Part shown: one piece after another, positions 23,750-37,700 of the stretch
How the letters are laid out: each line of letters begins with the position of its first letter
Position numbering within the stretch: position 1 is the first letter of the stretch
Assembly: GCF_001194135.2 (NCBI RefSeq)
Contig: NC_068984.1
Coordinates: 114,994,479-115,049,755 of the forward strand
Reading direction: 5' to 3'
DNA: 55,277 nucleotides
DNA from: Octopus bimaculoides
Taxonomy: Eukaryota
The notes under the pieces: generated by a model
The model's input: only the letters and a program-made list of their open reading frames with translations
The model's database searches: none
Told to the model about the DNA's origin: nothing
Program-made: the position numbers and the translations under genes

Positions 23750-26467
23750 GTCTTGTTCAAGAACACAACATGCCACCACTCACAACATTCTGATCATGAG
23801 GTGAATACTCTCACCACTAAGCCACTATATATATATAGTCTTCTTTCAGTTTCCACCTACCTTATCCATTCACAGTGGAGGCGCAATGGCCCAGTGGTTA
23901 AGGTTCCCAGACTGGGCATTGTGTGTGTTTATTGAGTGAAAACACCTAAAAAGCTCCATGAGGCTCCAGCAAGGGGTGGTGGCAACCCCTGTTGTACTCT
24001 TTCGCCCCAACTTTCTCTTCCTGTTTCTTGAGTAACGCTGCAATGGACTGGTGTCCCATCCAGCTGGGGGGAACACATATGCCATAGAAACCAGGAAACT
24101 AGGCCCATGAGCCTGGCTAGGCTTTAAAAGGGCTCATAAAAAAAATATCCATTCACAAGGCATTGGTTGGTCCAGGACTATAGCCGAAGACACTTGCTCA
24201 AGGTGCCACACAGTGGCACTGAACTGAAAACAACATGGTTAGGAAGTAAACTTCTTAACCACACCACTGTACCTGTTCAGATAGTGGAATTAATAAAAAA
24301 AAAATCCCAAAAAGAACTAAAGACTGCAAACTTCCAATTTTCACCAGAAAACTTTTTTAAACTTTGCCCTGTTTGCTTTTTGTTTCAGTGTGTATTTTAA
24401 CAATTCTGTTCCCATGGAAATTAACATGTACATTATAGTCATGTTTCACATGTTCTTATTATAAGAGCTAAAATAACCTTTCACTCGTTTCACATTTGTT
24501 TAATCTGGATCCATTTTCTTTCTTCAGTTTCTTTAAAGATATCATCTCCTTATCTTTGCAGAACATACCAGTTTGTTAGGCCGGAAGAAAAATTACTGGG
24601 ACTACTTCTGCGAGTGCCTTGCTCCCAGTAAAGGACTCAGAGATGGCTTAAAATATGTCAAATCTCTTAAGGAGGTAAACAATTTTTTCTCTTATTTCAG
24701 GAATTATTTTAACTTTAGACACAGGCATGGATGCATTGTTAAGAAGTTTGCTTTGCAGCCACATGATTTTGGATTCAGTATGGCACTTTGGGCAAGTGTC
24801 TTCTATTATAGCTCTAGGTCGATTAATGCCTTGTGAATGAATCTGCTATCTGGAGACTGTATGGAAGTCTGTTGTATGTGTGTGTGTGTGTGTGTGTGTA
24901 TGTGTGTGTGTGTGTGAGTGTGAGTTTATGTATGTTTGTCTCCTTGTCTTGACATTGTGTGAATGTAAATGAGTGTCACTGTAATACAAGCAGTGTCATT
25001 CAATTCTGTAAAAATAAAAGTCTGGTCATGAGAAAATATTACCTTGCTTGCAAAAAGATTGAAGGTTGGCAGCAGGAAAAGCATCTGGCTGCAGAAAATC
25101 TACTTCAATAAATTTCATCTGACCCATGCAAGCATGGAAAAGTGGATGTTAAAACAGCAATGACGACAATGACAATGATTAAAAAATTAATAAGAGATAA
25201 AAATATTTTCAAAAATTAAAAAAAAATTATTAATATTTTTGTTTGTGAATATCTTTATTATTCTGAATATTTTTAAATTCTAAGTGTTGAAAAGTGGTAA
25301 GCTGACAGAATCATTTGCATGCCAGGCACAATGCTTAGTGACATTTTGTCTGTCTTTATGTTCTGAGTTCAAATTCCACCGAGGTCGACTTTGCCTTTCA
25401 TCCCTGCAGGATTGATAAAATAAGTACCAATTAAACACTGGGGTCAATATAAGTGATTTACCTACTCCCCTGAAACTATTGGGCTGGTACCACAATTTAA
25501 AACCAATATTAAGAGTTGACTAGGCGGTGAGCTGGCAGAATCATTAACATGCTGGGCAAAATGCTTAATGGTATTTTGTCCCTCTTAATGTTCTGAGTTC
25601 GAATTCTGCTGAGGTTGACTGGGCCTTTCATCCTTTCGGGGTCAATAAAATAAGTACCAACATCATTGACTTATCCCCTTCCTGGAATTGCTGGCCTTGT
25701 GCCAAAATTTGAAACCAATATTAAGTGTTGACTTATTTTATTTTGTTTCTTTATACAGTATCGCACAGCTTTAGGTAAAGGAAGAGCATTGATTCGGTTT
25801 GCCCTTGTCCATAAACGACTTGCAGATACAATCCAACAGTGTGTTTCAAATGGCCGTATCACAAGGTAATTGATTATTTTGGTTTTGCTCATTTTTGAAT
25901 TGGATAAAGTATTATCTTCTCTTTGCTTTGTTTTTTTTTTTTACTTTTCCCCATGTAAGTATATGTCGCTTGAAAATTTGGATATTTTCATATGAATTAG
26001 AAGGAATGAATATTTGTAATGTTAAGGTGCAGGTATGACTATGTTGTGAAGAAGTTTGATTCCCAATCAAATGGGTTTTGGTTTCTGTCTCACTCTGTTG
26101 CACCTTGAGCTAATGTGTTTTATGTCCCTATACCAACCAAAGCCTTGTGAGTGGATTTGCTAGATGGAAACTGAAAGAAACATGTTGTAAATACATATCT
26201 ATGTATGTACATATCTGTGTGCATGTATGTGTGTCTCCTCATATTGTCATTACATGTTCGTTGTCATACAAACGGTGTCATTCATTTCCAATCTTCTGTG
26301 AAAACATGTCTAGTCATGGAGAAAGATTAACTTGCTTGAAAACAAATGAGAGGCTTCATAACAGGGTAGGCCTCTGGCCATAGAAAATCTGCCTCAGTAA
26401 ATGTCATGTGAGCCGTGGAAGCACAGAAAAGTGACTGTTAAAATGACAGTGATGACGATGATGGTGA

Positions 26468-26501
<34 letters not shown>

Positions 26502-29500
26502 GGCAGTGGTGGCTAGTGTTATTATTAGCATGCCAGGAAAAATGCTTAATGGTATTTTGCCCATCACTACGTCCTGAGTTCAAATTCTGCTGAGGTTGAC
26601 TTTGCCTTTCATCTTTCAGGGTCAATAAAATAAGTACCAGTTGAGTACTGGGGTTAATGTAATTGACTAACCCTCTCCCCTAAATTTCAGGCCTTGTGCT
26701 TGTTATAGAAAGGATTATTATTATTATTATTATTATTTGTACTGTTAGATTCTTTATCTTCCCAATATTTGCCATTCTGGTATTATTGGGGATTGAACTT
26801 AACTTTTCAACTTGGTAGAGTGATGAAAATGTTATAATTTACCTCGGGCACATCTCAGTGGTAACATGAGAAATTGAACCCATCACCTTATTGGAACACA
26901 TACGTCATATGTACTTCATAATCAAATTGATTTTTTGATAGGGAAACAACTTAAAGCCAAATAAAATATCCAGTTTTAACATATCATACCAATGTTTATA
27001 TATACAGAACCGTGTAAGCTATATTTGTTATGACAAACATATACACACTGTTTTTGTGTAACATTGCTGTTTGTGTCACATCAGTGACAATATTTTGACT
27101 ATAGTTTTTGTAGTTGTCAGCTTTGATCAACCTCATACATCTTTGTGAAGGTTACTCCCTCTTTGGTGGTATCATATTATGATATTTTGAGCTCTGGACA
27201 ATATTTCATTAGTTAAACTACTAGTTCTCAACCATTTTTTGTTCTGTACCTCTTTCATGCAATCATGTTTTACAAACACCCACTCCCCATGTTTTGCAAT
27301 AAATAAAAAAATAAAGAGCAAAAAGAACCCCTCAAACTCCTTCAGTTGATTGTTTTAATCAATAGCAGTTAATTTTGCTCAATTGTTTATTATCTATTTT
27401 TTCTAATCACATCCCATCCACCATGTGTCTCTTTTTAACTATAGGGTTTTTTTTTACGCATATTAGCTAATGTTTTTCTATTTTCTTTAATTACCATCAT
27501 GGTAACTGGACCAGTTTGCTGTTGAAACATTTGTCAACCTGTAAAATGTGGAAGGACTTTTTTCTTCACCCTGGGCTAATGTCTCTTATGTTAAATTTTT
27601 ATGGAAATAACTAAAAAAAAGGCAAGGACTTATATAACAAAATCATATTGGAACCAAGCACATCATCAGTCGTGTTTCAGTTTACTGATAACACTATATC
27701 TTATTCATATTTTCTCATGACAAAGATTTTTATTTTAAATGTGTTTAAAACAAATATTGTGCCAAGTTTAAATATTTTATTTGCAAGAAAAAAAATCACA
27801 ATCCCTTTAAACCTTTAGCATTCAGATTACTTTATCAAATGTTATGTTTATTCATTCACATTATTTTGAATTAATCTTGCATTATCTTGTAGCTTTAAGA
27901 TTTCAAATGATGTGATTGTTTACTTTTAGAATGACATTATAGGGTAGATGCGAGAGGCCACATTTGGCTGGTTTGAACTTAAAACAAGTAGAACACTTGG
28001 ATCAGATATGGGAGGTTTTAAATGCTAAAGGGCTAAACACCCAATGTATCCCCTTGACATTTGCTGTCCCTTTGTGAGCTCAAAATACTTCCAAAGGTAT
28101 GCTGCCACTTAGGTTAACAACCACTGAGTTAGACATAGTAGAAGAGAAAAAATTTACTTATGAACTGAAATTAACATGAATTTCTAATTAAAGCTAGTTA
28201 CTCTGCTAATATTTTTGAGAAAGGCATGAATGTCACAGAATTTCAATTTTGTTCCTCAGATCTAAAGAAACATGTTTATGAAAGATATCAATATTATGCC
28301 AGTCAGTGTGAAGTCCTAGATATTATGCAGGTCTATTATAACAGGGGTTTTCAAACTTTTTGACTTGCAGACCCCTTTATATTTCAGGCTTTACCTTAGG
28401 GACCCCCTTATAAATGCTTGTGAAATTTATACATAAATATTTGCTTAAAATAACATATATTTTTACATTTATTTATTTAACAGTATTTAACAAATAGGTT
28501 TATTGTCAATTAAAAGATTTCGATTAAAAAACATATATAAAATCAAATTGCCCATAAAAAGTATTTGCTATCCCCCTGTGGTCCGCGGACCACAGTTTGA
28601 AACCCCCTGTATTATAAAACCATTTTGAAAGTGAAAGTGTGATTATTCTATAAACGAAGTTTCTAGAGAATCTAGGAATAAGAATAATTTTTGCTGATTT
28701 TGAGATATTTTTTTTTTTATCTTTCAGTGAATGGTTTTATCCATCATCTCCTTGGTTACAACACAAACACAGTTCGGTAATTATAAATGCACTGTATGAC
28801 ATCAATGATGTAAACTTCGATTTAATTCCTACAGGTTATGATTTAGACAACTCATGGCCTTCATTTGCCAGGTAAAATTTCACTGTTTCCTATTTTCAGT
28901 GTTTACATGTATTTAGTATATTTCAACTAAAAGTTGTATTTCTAATTAAAAAGTGATGACAATCTTTTAATTTACTTCTCTGTCAAATTTCTTGATTTAT
29001 CTTTCCTTCAAATCGAACATGAATCTGATTAGGTAGTTTTGGTCAGCTTTCAGTGCACAAATTTATGAGAAAAGAAGTGATCAGCTGAACTTTGAATGGT
29101 GATGCAGGAATTATTTATATCATAATTTTTGATCACATATTCTAGAAAATCTTAATATAAGCACTCATTTTTGTCAAATTCTTAACTGCTGAATGGTTTA
29201 GTCAATCATGAACAGAATCCAAATATCATGACATATATTTCTGAGCTCTCAAACTGTATGAAACTCAATACAATCACCAAAGTTCTAAACTGCTAAACAG
29301 TATTATAATAAGCCTGAACTTCAGAATCTATCTTGTTAGTTTTTTAAAAATTCAGTTAACTTTTGAGCCTTCAACATATTTTCTAATCATCATCATCATC
29401 GTTTAATGTCCATTTTCCATGCTGGCATGGGTTGAACGGTTTGACTGGAGACTGGCAAGCCAGGAGGCCTCACCAGGCTCCAATCTGATCTGGCAATGTT

Positions 29501-32500
29501 TTTACAGCTGGATGCCCTTCCTAATGCCAACTACCCCAAGAGTGTAGTGGGAGCTTTTTATGTGCCACTGGCATGGGAAGCAGTCAGGTGGCACTGGCAT
29601 TAGCCTTGTTCGGATGGTGCTTTTTACATGCTGCCAAGTAACATCCAATGTAACAATTCATGTAACGCAGAAGTTTTTATATTATGGAGAATAAAAATAT
29701 TTCTGAAAACTGCTATCCTATTTCAGAAAGACGAATGGCAGCTATTCCTGGAATCCGCCCAGTAGAACATCCAGTATGAGCAGTCTTCTCAGTATTCCAA
29801 GCATACAACAGGTTAAGTAATGTTGTTATACATTATGTATTATAATTTTATAGGTTTTCTTGCTATGTGTTCATCATCATCATTTAACATCCTCTTTTCC
29901 ATGCTTGTGTGGGTCAGACAAAATTTGTTGAGACAGATTTTCTGCAGCTGGATGCCCTTTAGGTAGCCAATCTTCATTTATTTCCATGAAAGATTGGAAA
30001 TGAACAATATTGCTTGTATGACAGCAATGCTCATATATGATCATCACAGGATGTCAAGATAAGGGTACATACTCATATTTGACAAGTCTTTTTCAGTTTC
30101 TGTCTTCGAAATTCACTCACAAGGCTTTGTTCAGCCTAGGGCTGTAGTAGGAGGTATTTGTTCAAGTTGTTACACAGTGGGAAGCAAATTTTTAAACCAC
30201 ACAGCCACCCCTTCACTGAGTGTTTAATAAATATGTATATGGATGCAGACATGGCTGTATGGTTAAAAAAAATGAAAATTTGGGCAAGTGTCTTCTACTA
30301 CTGCCTTGATTTGACCAATATCATATTAGAAAAATTTGGTAGATGGAGGTTGTATGGAGGTCCAGAAATACAGGCATGGGCTTCTGTACATCATCATCAT
30401 TTAGCATCTGCTTTCCATGCTGGGTTAAATGGTTTGACTGAAACTGGTAAACTGGAGAGTTGCACCAGGCTCCAATCTGATTTGGTACAGTTTCAACAGC
30501 TGGATACCCTTCCTAATGCCAACCACTCCAAGAGTGTAATGGTTGTTTTTTACATGCCACTGGTGCAGCTGCCAGTAACATGACACCGGCATCGGCCACA
30601 GCTATGCTTTCACTTGGCTTAATGAGTCTTCTCAAGCATGGCATATTGCCAAAGGTCTCGGTCACTTATCACCTTTATGAGGCCCAACATTTGAAGGGCA
30701 CTTTTTACATGCCACCGGCACGGGTGCCTGTTACATGGCCCCAGCATCAGCCACACCTAGCGTATGACTTGGTTTGATGAGTCTTCTCAAGTACAACATA
30801 TTGCCAAAGGTCTCAGTCACTTGTCATTGCCTCTGTGAGGCCCAGTGTTCCATATGTATGGAAAAATTATGTCTTGTTCAAATCTTGCTGCTATTTCCAT
30901 GCTGGTATGGGTTGAGTGAGTCTTGTTGGGGTAGTACTCTATGATTGAATGCCCTTCCTGATGCAAACCCTTACTTATTTTCAAATAAGGTACTTTATTC
31001 TCCTGATCTTTGCACATCAAACTGTGACAAAGTAGGATGTACTATTTTTGCTGGGCATTAACAATCTTCATCAATAATCAACAGATGTTGATGTGAAGAT
31101 GTGCGGAAATACACAGACACACTTATGCATTTATACATACATACATACATACATCCAACAGGCATATGCTTATACATTATGCATTTGTCTGCCTGCTTTC
31201 TATACATGTTTTCATATTGACACCACTTGGAGAGCAGTGATGTTTATATATGTCCAGTGTAAATACTATATCATATACCCCATATGATATATATATCATG
31301 CAAAGACTAGTGAAATAAAGCAATTTACTTGAAAACAAATAGGTTAACATTAGGATGAGGTGTTCAGGCCATAGAATACTGGCTCAAGAAGCCTTGTCTA
31401 ACCCATACCAGAATGGAGAAATGAGTGTAAAAGCATTGCTTCTGCTGCTGCTTATGACAGCATCACATCTATGTGTGTAATCCTTTTGTTACCATTTTTC
31501 TATTGAAATAGTCTTTTGTTTCAGTTAATTTTGAAAATAATGAAGAATTTATTGAAATAACTTTGTTATTGTTTAACCTTTTTGTCACCATATTTTCATT
31601 GAAATACGGTGCATTTGTTTAAATTAATTTTCAAAAAGAATGATGAATTATCTTTATTTAACCTTTTCATTACCATATTGCTGTTGAAATACACTGCTAC
31701 TGTTTCAATTAACTTTGAATATAATGAAGAATTTATTAACATAACTTCGTTGTTAATTAAGTTGATGTCTGGAACACACATTAATTTTAAGGGAAGGTTT
31801 TAATTTAGATTCATCATCTTCATTTAATGCCTGCTTTCCATACTGGCATGGGTTGGACAGTTTGACAGGAGCTGGTAAGCCAGAGAGCTGTCCAGGCTTC
31901 AATTGTCTATTTTGGCATGGTTTCTACAGCTGGATGCCCCTCCTAATGCCAGCCACTACACAGTGTGCACTGGGTGCTTTTTATGTACTACCAGTATAGG
32001 TGCTTTTAAGTGACACTGACATAATTGCTTATTGCATGGCACCAGCATGAGTGCATTTTATGTGGCATTGGCATGAGTGCACTCTATGTGGTACTAGCGG
32101 CGAGCTGGCAGAATCGTTAGCATGGCAGGCGAAATGCTTAGCAGCATTTCGTCTGTCTCTACATTCTGAGTTCAAATTCCACTGAGGTCGACTTTGCTTT
32201 TCATCTTTTCGGGGTCAATAAACTAAGTACCAGTTACGTACTGGGGTCGATCTAATCGACTGCACCCATCCCCCCAAATTTCGGGCCTTGTGCCTAGAGT
32301 AGAAAAGAGTACGAGTGCATTTTACATGGCACTAGCAAGAGAGCACCATATGTGGCACTGGCACGAGTGCATCTTACACGGCACTGGCACAAGTGCATTT
32401 TATGTGGCACTGGCACCCACAAGACAAAGCCAACTCAGCTGGGAGAGGGAGAGGGAGTAGGGGCATGACCATAAAGGGCTTGCCTGTAACCTATTTTACT

Positions 32501-34700
32501 TAGCTTGGCATGTCTTCTCAAGTACAGCAAATAGCCAGAAGTTTCAGTTCCTTGCCATCTCCTCAGTGAAGCCCAGCATCTGAAGATCCTTTCTCTCCAC
32601 TTCATCCCACGTCTTCCTGGGTCTACTCCTTCTACAGGTTCCCGCCACAATTAGAGATCCGTACTTCTTTATGTGGCTGTCCCCATCTAAATTTGTATCA
32701 CGACTTTCGAACTTTGGGCCTCACCGAGGCAATGACTTCTGACCGAGATCTTTGGAAATATGCTGTGCGTGAGAAGACCCGGCAAGCCAAGTGAGACCTA
32801 AATCCAAGGCCTCTACCAGGATGTGTACCTTCCTACATTGGACACTAAACTCCGCTTGCGAAGACCTGTTGAGGCAAGTGAAATCGAACTAATTTTGACA
32901 GATGGCACCCATGCCAACATCGTCTCCTTCATTGGACACAGAAACTCGGCTTGCGAAGACCTGTTGAGGCAAGCGAAAGCGAAATCGTGATAGCACCTGN
33001 NNNNNNNNNTTCATTGGACACAGAAACTCGGCTTGCGAAGACCTGTTGAGGCAAGCGAAAGCGAAATCGTGATAGCACCTGTGCCCTGGAACTTGTGCCT
33101 AGGCACATGTAAGGACATTCGAGCGAGATCGTTGCCAGTGCCGCTGGACTGGCTCCCGTGCAGGTGGCACGTAAAAGACACCATTGTGAGCGTGGCCGTT
33201 GCTAGTACCGCCTGACTGGCCTTCGTGCCAGTGACATGTAAAAGCACCCACTACACTCTCGGAGTGGTTGGTGTTAGGAAGGGCATCCAGCTGTAGAAAC
33301 TCTGCCAAATCAGATTGGAGCCTGGTGTAACCACCTGGTTCACCAGTCCTCAGTCAAATCATCCAACCCATGCTAGCATGGAAAGCGGACGTTAAACGAT
33401 GATGATGATGAACTAGGGGAAGTCTCTGAAAGATTGATATCAGCTTATTTAATACACACATAGTTTGTCTTGTCACAAAATTCATAACTGGCATTGTATT
33501 CATAATCAAATCATTAATAATTTTCATATTTGGTTGCATTGTATGTTATTGTGGTACTGTGTTTAATGTAGTTTGGTTTTGTTTACAGGATAGTCCATCT
33601 TCTAAAATAGATGTTGCTTCCTCCTTTACTGAATCCATTGACGAACAGTACATGTCCCCTCGAGAAACAAGTTCTAATGTCTCCTGTTCAGAACTGTACT
33701 CTAAAATTGAAGAATTAGAAGAGGAGAAGTTCACTACAAGTCAGGAGGTTGCTCTTTGGGTTAAGAGACTTAATGAGATGAAAGAGAAATACAGAACACT
33801 GAAACAAGAGTAAGTGATGATAGTTCTTCTTCTTCTTCTTCTTCTTCTTCTTCTTCTTCTTCTTCTTCTTCTTCTTCTCACCTTCTCCTCCCCTTCCTCC
33901 TGTTTCTGCATCCTCCCCTTCCTCCTGCTCCCGCCTCCTCCCCTTGCTCCTTCTCCTGCCTCCTCTTTTTTCCGCATTGTTGAAATATATTGTGGTGAAT
34001 TTCATGTTTCAAAGCATTGCTTACTTTTTACTCAGCCTGATATTCAGATATCATTATTGATCGACAGATGCAGAATAGTTACTACACTGCGCAAAATGCT
34101 TCGCAGCATTTTGTCCGTCTTCATGTTCTGAGTTCAAAGTTCACTGGTTGTCCGGTTGACTGAACAACTAAATAATCACCTGTGAGATCTACTTACGTAC
34201 TTTGTATCATCTGATACCTAATATTTCTTCACCCTTTTGAGATATTTGTTTTCTCTATGTTTTTTCTATCTTTAATTTTTCCAGTTAATTATTTACAATA
34301 ATAAGCCTAAGTAAGTTTTTAATATAAACGTAAATTTCCATTTCCATTTGTCTGGGGAGAGTCATTCTGTTTTAATGCTTCATTAATAAACACACACACC
34401 ATTTCAATTTCCACTCGTTTACTTATTTATTTATTTTTTCTTAAAATTTTCATTGCTTCTTGTAACCTCTTCAATAGTTGTTGATTCTGTCTGTTATTGG
34501 AGCTGTGTTCTTTTTGTGTGTTTGTGTGCATGTGTGTGCATCAGCATGCATGTGTATACACATATGTATGTATGTATGTATGTATGTATGAATGTATGCA
34601 TGTATGCATATATGTATGCATGTATGCATATATATGTATGTGTGTATGTGTACGTTTGTATGTATTCTGCATATTCATGTGTTTGTGTGTGCATGTTTGT

Positions 34701-34771
<71 letters not shown>

Positions 34772-37700
34772 AAATGTATTTGTAAATATATCTATGACAA
34801 TTTCTTTTTCAAACTGATCATTCTCCCTGAATAGACTACCTCCTGTTTAGTTTTCACCTCAATTAGTTTAATTTCTTTGTTTGTAGGTACGATAGCCTGA
34901 GTTTGGAATTTAGCAGTTCACAGCAAGCCTGGCAAGATGAAAAGGATAGATTAGATTTAGAACGTAGAAATCTTACGGAAGGCCTCAAGTCTCTCCAGGA
35001 CAAATTAACTGAGATAGAACATGAACACGAACAGATTGTTAATACTAACAAATCCAGAATAGAAGTCTTGGAGAAGGAGAAAACTATTCTGGAACAACAA
35101 ATAAATAGTCTCAAGTCAACAGAGGTAGAATTTGCTGAATCAACAGCAGTTCAAGAAGAACAGTTTCAATCTTTGTCATCATCGCAAGAAAATGAAAATG
35201 ATGTTAATGATATTAATGAAGATGATGATGATGATGATGTTGATGATCATGTTGATGATGATGATGATGATGATGTCGTTGATAATGAAGACAGTGTAGA
35301 ATATTTGAAGCAAGAATATGAAAAGATCCTATGGGAAAATCGACGTCTGCAGCGGAAATGTGAAGATTTTGAAGAAGTGCAACGAGAACTGCACAGACAG
35401 AATGAAGAGCTTGTGATGCTACAACAGTCTGTTGAAGAGAAAGCTGAGCTGTTAAACAAATACCAGCAACAATCTCAGCATCTAAAATCTACCTTGAATA
35501 ATCTTTTAGATTTTGACTCTATTGATGATCAGGTAAGTTATGTTTATATTCTGGATACATTTGTTAACCGTTTTGGTGCCAACCTGCCTGAAACTACCCT
35601 TGGTTCTATGATACACATTCTGTTTTGAAATGAGTTGACTTAAAAAATCTCCCATCAAAATTTCATGTTGATTTATATTCCAAACATCAGCTTAATAAAG
35701 ACAAAGTTATTTTAACAAATTCATTATATTCAAAATTACTTGAAACAAAGGTTGTGTATTTCAATAGAAACATGGTTACAAAAGGGTTATAGGATATAAA
35801 AATAACTACGAAAATTATATAGATTACAGATGATTAAATTTGATATATTAGCAGAAAGATGGCCCCCAGGCAGTTTTCTGCTAGCCCCTTGCTAATATTT
35901 TCTCATTTGATTCCCAATTGTAATAATTTTTATATTTTACAGCTAATTATTTCTTTGTATAATAGTGCTTACTTGCTTAGTAAATATTGCTTTCATTATT
36001 TTATCACAGTCATAATCTATCTCTTTTAAACAAACATCTTGGTAGTCTAACATCAAAGGAGATGTACTTGCGTAGCAAGTGACTTGATCTGAGATCGTGT
36101 GCTGAAACAAAAACAATTGCAGCATGGAAGATGTTTGTAAGCCATTCAAGAACACACAAAGATAGCTAGTTTCACTTCAACATTTAAATTTCATTTGTGT
36201 CAAAATATTTTTGTCACTTTGAAACTGTGACAGGATTGATGCAGCACGAAGTTTTGTCAGTGAACAGGTCATGGTTTCAAAGCAACAAAAATATTTTCAC
36301 ACAAATGAAATTTAAATGTTGAAGTGAAACTAATTTCTTGTGTGTTCTTGAATGGCTTACAAACATTTTCCACGCTGCAATTGTTGTTGATTTTAAAAAA
36401 GAGTTATGTAAACAATAATTCATTTTAATAGCATACTTTTCAGTTAGAAGATGTTTTTTTTTACACACACACACGCATGGCTTCGCTTCCTTCAGGTGGG
36501 GATAAAAATTTAGATTACAATTTATTTTGTTTTTCTTCTACCAATGCACCACGCATGTGTTACTTCGGNNNNNNNNNNNNNNNNNNNNNNNNNNNNNNNN
36601 NNNNNNNNNNNNNNNNNNNNNNNNNNTTTTTTTTTTTTTTTTACCAAAAAGACTCCTCCCATGGTTTTTAAGTTAAAAAGGAAAAATGGCCCAAATTGGT
36701 CTGGATAGTTATTATTCTAAGGCTTATAGTGTTCCAAACAGCCATAACAACAAAATCACTTTAAAAACTTTTCATTCAATAAATAATGTTTTTACATTAC
36801 GTATACATTAATAGAATAAACTGTTGGTTTTCCAAATAGCAAATTAAAACTTAAAATGAAAATATTAAAAGAGAGAGTGAGAAACTTTGCAAATGAAAAT
36901 GGATTACTCCACAGTGAATGCAATGAATATTTAAATTTGCGAAGAATTGGACACAGTGAATGCAATGAATATTTAAATTTGCAAGAAATTGGAGTTAAAT
37001 AATTCAATAAACTTGAGAAATCGAAATTATAGGAAATTTCTTAGAACATGAATTTATAAAAATATTTCCAGACGGTCAAGCCTTTAATAATTGCTTTCTT
37101 TTAGTACTTTTAGTAATTGTTACATATCTAATTAATAAGCAGCTTTCTCCATTATAGTATAGAAATGTAGATATATATTTATTCTTGTTAAGGAAGTATG
37201 ATGTTAAGAGCCCAAGATAGAAAGGGAAGTGACTCCATCAATTACAGGATTGTGACTTCAAGTGTACTTAATGACACTCAATAGTTGTAATATAGCAGAG
37301 ATAGTTTCTCTGAGGCTTCATGCAACAGTGGATCAAAATCAGCTGGGTGGAACCTTATAGAATTATTACTAAAATCAAATGATGATTTGAGTGTGGATAC
37401 CAACGAGTGTAGTGGATTGATAGAATCAGTAGAGTGGTGGACAAAATGTCATGTAGTATTTCATTATATTCTTTTATGTTTTGAATTCAAATCTTATTGA
37501 GATTGACTTTGCCTTTCATCTTTCCAGTGTCAGTAAAATAAATGTCTGTTGAATACTGGAGTCTATCTGTTCAACTACATAAATCCTCCAAATTTGAGGC
37601 TATAAACTTATGTTAAAAATCAATTTAATTTCTTTTTTTTTTGTGTTGGAGCATTTTTATTATGCTTGCATATGGATCTGGTTTTATACAGAATTATATA

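Noticed and set aside
32931-33080. 70-bp direct duplication on either side of a short N gap
   Set aside because: Typical contig-overlap artefact within a repetitive 3' UTR.
33715-34834. Poly-K/R/L and CV/HT-rich ORFs
   Set aside because: Translations of (CTT)n, (GT)n and (GTAT)n microsatellites.
36910-36993. 42-bp tandem duplication
   Set aside because: Simple local slippage with no further structure; not a CRISPR-like array, and none was seen anywhere in the window.
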